From contig NIVC01001967.1 in assembly GCA_002269645.1 (NCBI GenBank), positions 1 through 64,000 on the forward strand: a stretch of DNA of 64,000 nt, written 5' to 3'. Source of the DNA: Macrostomum lignano (taxonomy: Eukaryota). Positions 10,501 through 20,345 of this stretch are shown here, in pieces. Position 1 is the first letter of the stretch. Every line of letters starts with the position of its first letter. The notes beneath the pieces were generated by a model that did not search any database, had not been told where the DNA came from, and was given only the letters and a program-made list of their open reading frames with translations. The translations under genes and the position numbers were made by a program.

Positions 10501-12616
10501 CAACAACGGCCAAAAGCTCACGCTTGGTGTTGTTGTACCTCGTTTCAGGCTCGCGCAATTTCCGACTAAAATAGGCAACAGGCCGCTCCGCACCATCGGA
10601 TTGGCGCTGGCCTAAACAGGCGCCGATTCGGAAACCTGAGGCATCACAATCCAGGACGAAGACTGTGTCTGGGTCTGTGTTGTACTCTGGGTACGCGAGG
10701 ACCTCAGTAGAGCACAGCTTCTTCTTGAGCTCATCGAAAGCTTTCGAGTGTTGCTCTGTCCATAGCCCCTTGAACCCAACAAGGTTCTTCCGAGTCAATT
10801 GATGCAACGGGGCAGCAATTTCGGCGTAATTCTTAACGAATTTGGCATAGTAGTTACAGAGACCTAGAAAGCTCTGCAGCTGCTTGACTGTCTGAGGACG
10901 CGGCCAGTCTAGTATCTGCTGTACCTTGTCTTCATTAGTCCTAATGCCTCGTCTATCGACTACATGTCCGAGATAGTGCAACTCTGTCTTAAACAGATGG
11001 CATTTGCGTGGCTTTAGCTTAAGATTGGCTTCAATGAGCCGCCTGAACATTTCGCGAAGATGTTCGAGGTGCTCCTCGAAGGCAATACTATGAATGACAA
11101 TGTCATCCATGTATCCTAAGCGAACTTAGTGATACCGTCTAGCAGCATATTGATGCATCGCTGGAAGGCTCCAGGGCTATCGCGAAGCCCCATAGGCAAG
11201 ACGTTGAACTCAAACTGACCTCGATTGATCACTGAGAAGGCTGTGCGAAAACGATCCTCTTCACGCAACGGGATCTGATAAAATCCTTGAGCAAGATCCA
11301 AGCTGCTGAACCATTGAGATCCACGGAGACATGCAAACGTCTCCTGGATAGATGGCAACGGATACGGGCGATATTCGCATCTCTCATTCAGCTCGCGATA
11401 GTCATGGACTATGCGGACAGATTTGTCCTTCTTAGGCACTACTAAGATAGGAGAGCTGTAGCTTGAATAAGATGGCCTGATCAAGCCCTTCTCTAGCATC
11501 TCATCTAGCAGCTGATTGACCTGATCTTGTAGGTGCGGGGGAACCCTGCGAGCTGGGATCCTAACTGGAGTCTCGTCCCGCATGACGATCTGATGGGTCA
11601 CCAGGTGAGTCAGACCGTGATCAAGAGTGTGCGTGGAGAACGCATTACGCGACTCTCTGATCAGCTCTCGAACCTGGGACTTCTGGTCCTCCGTGATCGA
11701 ATCGCCTATCTCTATCTCATTGATCCAATCGTCACTGGCTGAATTGATGTTATCGTCTAGGTGCAACTTGCGCACAGGTGTTGCTTTCAGTTCTGGATAG
11801 TACTCGAGGTCTTGCGTCGGAGCGGTGTGGCAAGGCCCACCAAGGCTCCTTTGGCTATATTAACTGGAAAGTTGTTAGGATTAACAACTTCCATGCAGCC
11901 TTTGCCTTCATGCATCGTTACCAATGCTGCAGATGCGCGGACCTGGGAAAGCCCAGCGCGGAGTCCAGATCTGAGTGGTTCAACCACTGCTGGCACTCCA
12001 TAATTCGATTCTTTGCCACGTGCCAGTTGCACAGATATGAGGCCAGAACTTCGAGCAGGAATCTGATGTTTTCCGGCAACATAGACTCTGCACGAGGTTG
12101 GCTCACGGCGCGTATAGCGCACGGGTACACAAGTACCAGTAGTGAGGGTAAGCATTCCTGTCTGGAACTCCAAGGTCCGACAGTGCTTCCTCATAAAATC
12201 AATGCCTAGGAGATTCTCCTGATCGCCGCTTACAATGTAGAATTCAGCTTCAGCTGAGAAATCTCCGAAGACAACATCAAGCATAACCTTACCGGTTAGC
12301 TGTAATTCAGAACCATCATAGGTTAGAATACGATCAGAATAAGTAGGCGTAACTACGCATGCATGTGCAGTACTGCGCGATAACAATCGCCAAGTAGAAA
12401 GGCCCATCAGGTTCAGTCTGCTCCCGCTGTCGAGAAGCAAGGGAACCTGTTGGCCGAAAATAAGCGCAGTTACATAAGGATCAGCACCAGAGTTATATAC
12501 ATTATTTACAAAGAAGAGTCTACGGTATCGCCAGACTCTCCAGACTGCTTTAGTGCGACTTCGGGGGTTGGCCCTGGAGAGGGTCCTGGTTGGCAACCCC
12601 CGCCCGGACGTTTCCC
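7518..12616 (-). CDS. Gypsy pol: protease, RT, RNase H, integrase (split over 4 ORFs by frameshifts)
   Basis: PR LLLDSGS; RT LDLAQGFYQI, LPMGL, (Y)MDD; RNase H LDCDASG, TKRELLAVV, TDHRAL, NADSLSR; INT H-H-C-C zinc finger, LHCDVVGP, HTDQGTNF, NGQVENLN and a GPY/F-like segment. Confidence 0.95.
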
Positions 12617-13515
12617 GGCTTCTGAGCCTTGAACTTAGGACAGTCAGGCCTCTTGTGGCCTGGTTTACCGCACTCGTGGCACACAATGCCTTGCAGCCTA
12701 TCTCTGACAGGTGCGGCTGGCGTCTGCTTGAGAAGCTGCTCAAGCATCTGCTGCTGCTTCTGCAGAACCTCATTCTGATGCCTGATTAGATTCTTAAGCT
12801 CATCGTCCTGTCGGGGAACCGTAACTTTGTCCCCACCAAGGCTGCGACAGGGTGCGTCTTTGCTGCGGGCAGCAAGCTCACGTGCTGTCTCGATGCGCTT
12901 GAAGGCGAACTTGGCGTCCTGTAGAGTCTCTGGACGACCCCAGTACAGCCGTTCTCTCGCCTCAATTGTAGTTCTGACACCTTTCAGGAACTGATCAACA
13001 AGTTCTGATTCGAGCTGAGCTGGCAAGAGATAAGGATAAGCGAGTTCTCCGAGTTCGCGGAGAGCATCTGCAAACTCGTCAATGTCCTCGTTCTTGCGCT
13101 GAGTTCGGCAGCGGAAATCTTCTCGGAATTCCTGTGAGCCGCCTCTCTTTGAGAATCTCTCAATCAGCGCTTCCTTAAACTCTTCGTACTCCAGATGGTC
13201 TGGCAAGTTCAGGCGCAGGACCGAAGCATACGCCGTGTGCACGTCAAGGTTGGCGAGCAACTCCGCCTTCCTGTGGCAGGCACGAATGTCTTCGGTATCG
13301 CAGCGAAGATCGAAGGCTTTGATCCACGTGCGGATGTCTTGGGATGGCGTGTATTTAGCCATCTTGACATGCTGCCTGACTTGGCCTATACCAAGCTGGC
13401 GCTCCAGTGCATCAGCGAGACGATCAAGACGTTCGCCTAGTACCGGTTCCTCAGCTCCTGCTCCAGCACCATCGTCAGGTGGTGCCATTGAAGCACGACT
13501 GCTGGCAATAGACAT
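12550..13515 (-). CDS. Gypsy gag with CCHC zinc knuckle
   Basis: 321-aa ORF containing CHECGKPGHKRPDC, located downstream of the PBS. Confidence 0.93.
   Translation of the reverse strand: MSIASSRASMAPPDDGAGAGAEEPVLGERLDRLADALERQLGIGQVRQHVKMAKYTPSQDIRTWIKAFDLRCDTEDIRACHRKAELLANLDVHTAYASVLRLNLPDHLEYEEFKEALIERFSKRGGSQEFREDFRCRTQRKNEDIDEFADALRELGELAYPYLLPAQLESELVDQFLKGVRTTIEARERLYWGRPETLQDAKFAFKRIETARELAARSKDAPCRSLGGDKVTVPRQDDELKNLIRHQNEVLQKQQQMLEQLLKQTPAAPVRDRLQGIVCHECGKPGHKRPDCPKFKAQKPGNVRAGVANQDPLQGQPPKSH
12562..12616 (-). promoter_or_regulatory. Putative -1 ribosomal frameshift signal
   Basis: In-frame G GGA AAC heptamer (12616-12610), 7-nt spacer, then a 9-bp stem cgggggttg/caacccccg (12602-12594 with 12570-12562). 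Confidence 0.7.
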
Positions 13516-13580
13516 TGCTATGATTACTAAGTGAGACTAAGACGTAGGTGGACGAAGGATTGACGTGGTCGTTTTACCGG

Positions 13581-13769
13581 ATCCCACCGCTGCCACCAGT
13601 GTTATGCCGTGGCTTTCGCCTGAGATAGAACAAGGATTTCCCTGGGTGGTCGGGTAGGTCTTGTTATCCCACCGCTGCCACCAGTGTTATGCCGTGGCTT
13701 TCGCCTGAGATAGAACAAGGATTTCCCTGGGTGGTCGGGTAGGTCTTGTTATCCCACCGCTGCCACCAG
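13581..13769 (-). repeat. Tandem array of 3 tRNA-Leu primer-binding sites with two identical 66-bp spacers (85-bp period)
   Basis: PBS TGGTGGCAGCGGTGGGAT at 13581-13598, 13666-13683 and 13751-13768. It is complementary to the eukaryotic tRNA-Leu 3' end AUCCCACCGCUGCCA plus CCA. Confidence 0.93.
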
Positions 13770-14901
13770 TGTAATGGCTGTGCCTACTGCTTCCTCTGTC
13801 TGTCCTCGCTATCTAGCACGGCCGGTAGCTGGCCTGAGTGGTCTAGCACTATGGTCCGAAATAACCCCTCTTAGTCTCCACTGAGTACAGTTAGATAATA
13901 ACCGAGTATTGGTAGTTGGGTTGCTGCCACCTTGTAGGTCTACAGGTGATATCCTCGACAGGTTACCCCTAGGTAGGCCTACTGATAAGTAGAAAATAAA
14001 TAAGACAAACAAGTCAGTTAAACGTTTATTAATGTGAGTAACGGTCACAGGCCGATCCTAAAATATCGTTTAATAGCTCAACTGGTGTCGCAGTAACAAG
14101 TCCCAACCCTATTAGGTGTCACTGATGTTGCCCAACAGCGTAGGTTGTAGGCCACGAGACCAGGTCCAGACGGTGTCGAAGGTCTGGCGAGCTGATGACA
14201 CAAAGACCTGCGGCAATCTTAATGAGCAAATGGCAGCTGCAACAAGGATTTGTTAGCAGGTTATCCCTAGGAAAAGCGTCTAGCGATCTGCCTAAGCTAG
14301 TTCGTCTAGGAAAAGCATCTAGGAATACTAGCCTTTGCTCGAAGCCAAGCAGGCGGTCTCCGAGAGGATGGTCTCTTTGGGCCTTCACCTACTCCGTATT
14401 TATACTAAATTTCGGGGGTCTCAGGGCCAATGGGAAGCTCAGAGGCAGTTCCGTGGCAGATCCCATGGCAGTTCCGTGAACTACCCGGAGCCAGGAGCGA
14501 TCTTGGAGATGTCCATAAGACATCTGCCTCATCATGCAGCCTCCGCATGGCCTGCTGGTACACTGCTTGCATGTTGCGGCATGCAAGGAGTGCACCAAGA
14601 CCCCACGAGAGCCTACCCCGGGCGGAGAGCTATGCTCTCACTCCCGCTGACTAAAAGCCTGTACTAAAGGAGAAATATCCCACTGACTAATGTTTCTATT
14701 TTTAGCCCATTGCAGACTGCGCCAGGGGGAGAGGGGGAGAGATTTCTCTCCCTGTCCCGCGACAGCTGCACACCTGAGCCTGCACAAGGAAGAAGGGGAA
14801 AGGACAGCCCTATGCCCAGCTCCCACTGCTGCAGCCCAAGCACTAACTGACTAAAGGGGGATCCCAGGAGCAGCCTATGCTAGCTACGCTGGATCACCAC
14901 A
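13685..14901 (-). repeat. 5' LTR
   Basis: Direct repeat of 5825-7039. Confidence 0.95.
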
Positions 14902-15420
14902 CTGGGGTAACTGCTGAGATGTCGAGGCTTACTGGGGGAACTGCTAAGATGTCGAGGCTTACTGGGGGAACTGCTGAGATGTCGAGGCTTACTGGGGGAA
15001 CTGCTGAGATGTCGAGGCTTACTGGGGGAACTGCTGAGATGTCGAGGCTTACTGGGGGAACTGCTGAGATGTCGAGGCTTACTGGGGGAACTGCTGAGAT
15101 GTCGAGGCTTACTGGGGGAACTGCTGAGATGTCGAGGCTTACTGGGGGAACTGCTAAGATGTCGAGGCTTACTGGGGGAACTGCTGAGATGTCGAGGCTT
15201 ACTGGGGGAATTGCGTAGATATCAAGGCTTACTGGAGGCGTGGGGGGATTGCTGAGATGTTACGGCTTCCTGGGGGGGGGTAGTTGCTGAGATATCAAGG
15301 CTTACTTGGAGGAACTGCTGAGATGTCGAGGCTTACTGGAGGAATTGCCTAGATATCAAGGCTTACGGGTGCGATTGTTGAGATATCAAGGCATACGGGG
15401 GAATTGCTTAGGTGTTAAAG
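14902..15420. repeat. 30-bp minisatellite (gaggcttactgggggaactgctgagatgtc)
   Basis: Tandem units that degenerate to the right. The first unit (acgaggcttactgg) lies left of the retrotransposon at 5811-5824. Confidence 0.95.
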
Positions 15421-16475
15421 CAAACGGGATTCACAACAAAATATTTGTTCCTTGCTTATGGGGCGCCCCGAAGGGGGCACTAGATTGCTACATGTAGTTT
15501 GTAGTTATGTCAATAATAATTAAAATTTTAAGCCTTGACAAATTTTTGTGCAACATAATATTACAATAAAATCGTTATTATAAAAATTATGCAGTTTATT
15601 ATTATTATTTATTAGGAAAAAACAATTTATAGATTATGCAGTCTGTTAAGAAAAAGGAATAAGTGTACAATGTAGCGAGTACGTTGCTCTAAAATAATTA
15701 TTTATAACCAAGTCAGTAAAACATGACTAATACTACGAGCTAATATTAGTGATTGATAGCGAAGTCTTTTATTACGCGTTCACACACAATAAGAAACAGT
15801 AGAACAAAAAAAGTTAGGAATATAGAAAAAAATAACGCATCATTTAAGCATCGTGCACTAGGAAATTTCAATAAAAAGTTCACCTCTAATTAGAAAAAAT
15901 ATAGTAAAACCGTTTTGGAGATCCAAAAATTATCAAATTGACTAGTGCTGTGCAAGCGATAAGTTGAGAGTTAAGTAAATGGAAACGGTCGTTTGCATTG
16001 CGTCTTCTTTATTTAGTATAGTCTACTAAAAGTAATAAATAACTTTTTTTCTAAAAAATCTGTCTGTAAAACTTCTAAGACAGCTGCTATCACTATAGTC
16101 AATAGAATAGAATAATAGAATATAGTGTAGAACAGAATTAATGACAACGCAAAAGAAATACGGTGAATAAACTATAGATGTACCTATCTAGTTAATAATG
16201 AAATTGATTTTACATGCACGAGTACGCTTATAAAACAGCTATTAGCAGTGTATATAATTGGTGTGCTTACTACTAAAAGTAAAAATTCAAAACAATAGTG
16301 CCATACAGAGAATGCAATTTAAAAGATCGAATTGAATTGGTAACGTTTTTAATTGGGTATTAGTATAATACTACATGTATAAAGTTGTGGTAAAACAATC
16401 GTTAAAAAAGAGGTAAACAGACAGCAAAGTTAAGCTCCAGGCTGCAACAAGCACGCAGTGTAGACAACTGTTGTC

Positions 16476-19400
16476 TCATTTAAGCACCAAGCGGTTCACT
16501 GAGCCGTCCATATTGCCAACGTAGATTTTCGATGCCAGCTGAATGAACAGGCCGGTCTCGATCACGCCTGGATTGATTTAACGGGCAGACATAATCAGTA
16601 AACTAATTATTTGTTGTCGCAGGAGTTTTTTTATTAGAGGCAGGGGGGTTGTGTGCACCCTGGCGCACTTTAAGCATCATAGGCACACAACCGGCGAGAG
16701 GCATTAATGCCCATTCCGCCGACTCCCCTGAACAGGCATACAAGCGCGCGGATACGTACGCAGGCACACACTCACACAGGAGTGTACAGCGGCCCTAACT
16801 TTATATTATCGTTAGGCATGTACACTTCACTGCGCCTTTGGGGGGTTGGCTCTCAAGGCCGTTAATTGCACGAGCAGAGCCAAGCCGAGATTCCAATTCA
16901 GCCCCAAATTAATGTGACTGCACTTGGAATCGAGCCTGGGTCGCTGGCACACCAGAGCAGCTGCGCTACCGCTGGGCTACGCCCCCCCCCCCTGTAATTG
17001 TAGGTGTAGTTCCATTTTAAATGTTTACGAGCGTACTAGCAGCAAATTCTAGACTTGTCTAGATAATAAAACGAAGGCAATGTTACCAATATCATTCTTT
17101 ATATTGTTGTTGATCTAGTCTAGGTCAGTTATATACGAGATATTTAAGCTTTGTACATGAACAAAGCTGTTTAACGTAGATCCTAATCGGGGTTTATTGC
17201 TGTCTTTAATAAACTAATGAAGCCATATATGCGCAACAGTCGGCCAAGTCGGCCGATCCGGCCGACTGATTTGGCAGCCAACCAAGGAAGTCGCAAAAAT
17301 GCCAACCCTAATAAATACCCAAGTAGTAGTACTAAGTAGCTGACGAGGCATTTCGGCCTTATAAGACAGTCATAGTTACTCCCGCCGTTTACCTAAAGTT
17401 GCGTTAATTTTGCTTTAGGGTTTTTTTACATGTAAGTCGCATTTTTGGCCAAAAACTACGTCGCATTTTTGTTAAAACTAAGTCGCACGGCCGACTGAAT
17501 TTTGGAAGTTGCACATGTATGAATGAAGCTAATATGATAGGAAATCACCTGGCATCTGATGCAGCTGGAAATCCACTTCTTCCCAATTGTGCTGCTGATC
17601 GAAGTGCCAGTCGAGTATAAAATTGCCGTTATCAGTGACAACGGGACCCTGAAAATATTAATGTTTTTTGGGAGTCGGCTTTTCGATTGGCGTTGGCAAC
17701 TAGTTTTACTAATAGCTAAAACTTAAAACGGAAAATTATGCGAACATTGATATGATGCAAAATTCTGACGACAGCCCCATAAAATGCTGATGACAGCCCC
17801 ATAGAATACTGATGACAGCTTCTATGTCACCAGCTCACCAGCTTTCCCAGAGACTCCCTCAGCAGGGCACTGCCACCGAACTGGCACTCGACCCGGCGTT
17901 TAACCAGCGACCAGGCCATAGGCACAACCTCGAGCGGGATGCCGCCCTTCCACTTGTGCCCAAACTGGACGCTATACTTGCTCTCGTCGCACACAATCAC
18001 CAAAGTGTGAGCGGCGGTGTCAACTATTTTCTCTTGCAACAGGCAGCCGCCGCCGCCTTTGATCAGGTTTAGCTCGGAGTCCACCTCGTCTGCGCTGTCC
18101 ACCGACCAGTCCAGCTCTTCGTCGCAGTGCTCCAGCTCGAATAGGCGGAGTCCACGCTCGAGAATTAGCTGCTTCGCCTTTGGCGCATGTGGGAGTTTCG
18201 GTTCAGTAGCGTGAACGAATGCGTAAGTTGTTTTATAAGAAAGCAAAAGCAGTTGAAGCTACATTAGCTACGAGCGCTAGCCAGCCGCCAATGAAGTTGT
18301 ACATGAAAGAGATTTTGTGGAGAGAAGGGAGAGAAGAGAAGGGAAAGGAGAGAAGGGAGGGGAGAGAAACGAAGGGAGAGAAGGAAGAGGAGAGAAGCGA
18401 GAGGAGAGAAGAGAAGGGAGAGAAGAGAGGAAAGATGAGAGAAGCGAGAGGAGAGAAGGAAGAGGAGAGAAGGGAGAGGAAAGAAGGGAAAGGAGCGAAG
18501 GGAGAGCAGAGAAACGAAGGGAGAGAAGGAAGAGGAGAGAAGCGAGAGGAGAGAAGGGAGAGAAGAGAGGAAAGAGGAGAGAAGCGAGAGGAGAGAAGGG
18601 AGAAGAGAGAAGCGAGAGGAGAGAAGGGAGAGAAGAGAGGAAAGAGGAGAGAAGCGAGAGGAGAGAAGGGAGAAGAGAGAAGGGAGAGGGGAGAAGGGAG
18701 AGGGGAGAGAAAGAAGAGAAGGAAGAGGAGAAAAAAGAGAGGAGAAAATGGAGGGGAGAGAAAGGAGGGGATAGAAGTTCGAGAAGAGAAGGGAGAGAAG
18801 AGAGGGGGAGGAGAGAGGGGGAGGAGAGAGGGGGAGGAGAGAAGGAGGAGGAGAGAAGTTCGAGAAGAGAGGGGAGGGAAGGGAGAGGAGAGAAGGAAGA
18901 GGAAAGAAGGGAGAAGAGAGAAGAGGGAGGGAAGAAGGGAGAGGGCCGAGAAGGGAGGGGAGAGAAAGTAGAGAAGGAAGAGGAGAAAAAAGAGAGGAGA
19001 AAATGGAGGAGAGAGAAAAGAGAGGAGAGAAGGGAGAGAAGAGAAGGGAGAGAAGAGAGGAAAGAGGAGATCGAAGGGAGGGGAGAGAAGGGAGAGGAGA
19101 GTTGAAAAGAGACAAACATTGAGCTGGTTGGATTGCTACTGTGACGTTTTAAAGGACCCGAGGGCCGGATTATAAAGGCTTGGCGGTCCGGAGTTTGACG
19201 ACCCCTGACGAATCGTGGTTGGTAATAAAGGCAGACGTACCTGATAAGAAGTAGGAATGCAGCGCACCGACCAGCCCCTCTGCCGGATTAGTTCGGCTGA
19301 AATTGACGTTTAGAAGACTTTATGCAAGTTTTAGCATTAAGAAACAGGCGAAGAGAGCGAGTCTGATGGTTTACTGGCTAGATGGGGTCCTGCACAGCTA

Positions 19401-20345
19401 TTGATTTCCCAACATAAGCAATTCCGCTAACACGAGCTAGAACTCAATCATATCCAAGCATGTACTTGCAAGTCTTCGCTGAGAGAAGGAAAACCATAAA
19501 CACATCGCAGGAACTAGAAAAGTAGCCTTAAGAAACCCTATGGGCAAATATGGAGATTAAGAGAGATGGGGAGAGTGAGAGGCTGACTCGCTCAAATGGT
19601 TACTATTGGCTTGACTTATTTATTGTAGTTCGAATATTGCGTTCGAGTAGAAAGTGCAGATCGAGCTCTTCTTTGCTTTGCTTCCCTATGCCCCCCCCGG
19701 GACTATTTTTGATTGGTTTTCTGTAAAGTTATCAAGTTATCAACGAGAACTAATTTATAAGAAGACAACACAACTACTGCCAGTTTTTCAGAATTTGCTG
19801 TTTTTTTAAAAGCACACGAACAGCAAAATCAAATTTATGTACATTTTTTCTATACTTTTGATGTCCATAAAGTCCATTAAGCTGATAATAGTGTGAATTC
19901 AATCAGCCAATGGCTCGGGGGATTTCATATCTCCAATCCAACACTTGATACAATTTAATTAGGGTTAGGGTTTAGGGTTAAGCTTGTCTCAACTTTGCTC
20001 TAAAAATGTGGCAAAACTGCTAGGGCAGATTCACCTTTTAGGTCTAAATATGGGGATAAAAAGCTTCTTTTTCTCAGTAGAAACTCTTACCAATCCTGTC
20101 AATAACATGAACCATTGTTTGTCCAGATCCAACTCCTATTGTCTGGCAGTTCTGAAAAATCATTCCAATTGAAAAATCAATGAACTAATGAGACTGGAAC
20201 ACAGTTACAAATTATTCATTATCATGACAGACTGTTTGCAGATAACATTTTTATTTACCAGAAGATGCTCCTCAACTGCAGCATAAGCAGCCTGTTTCCT
20301 AGCAATATCTTTCTTATTATCAACAGAGTTGTGCACCGAATTCAT
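16476..20345 (-). CDS. RPIA: Ribose-5-phosphate isomerase A, 6 exons
   Basis: Exons 20345-20259, 20151-20091, 19296-19241, 18177-17839, 17648-17549, 16567-16476, all phase-compatible. Motifs [70 protein letters not shown]. Confidence 0.95.
16639..16990 (-). mobile_element. tRNA-derived SINE family B, copy 1
   Basis: Reverse complement begins ggggcgtagcccagcggtagcgc...caggctcgattcc (A/B boxes) and aligns along its length with 27189-27555. Confidence 0.75.
18310..19110. repeat. Purine-only (GA-rich) low-complexity tract in RPIA intron 3
   Basis: About 800 bp made almost entirely of A and G on the + strand. Confidence 0.95.

Larger units (their letters stand above)
5825..14901 (-). mobile_element. 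Full-length Ty3/Gypsy LTR retrotransposon, very recent insertion
   Basis: Near-identical ~1.2-kb LTRs, TG...CA ends, 4-bp TSD CTGG (5821-5824, 14902-14905), PBS, PPT and gag-PR-RT-RH-INT domain order. Confidence 0.97.

Noticed and set aside
13581-13769. True CRISPR array
   Set aside because: Eukaryotic context, no cas genes, identical spacers, and the repeat is a tRNA-Leu PBS.
18219-19119. Long E/R/K/G- or L/S/P/F-rich ORFs
   Set aside because: Artefacts of a stop-free purine tract inside RPIA intron 3.
19960-19982. Interstitial telomere (TTAGGG)
   Set aside because: Only about 3 imperfect units.
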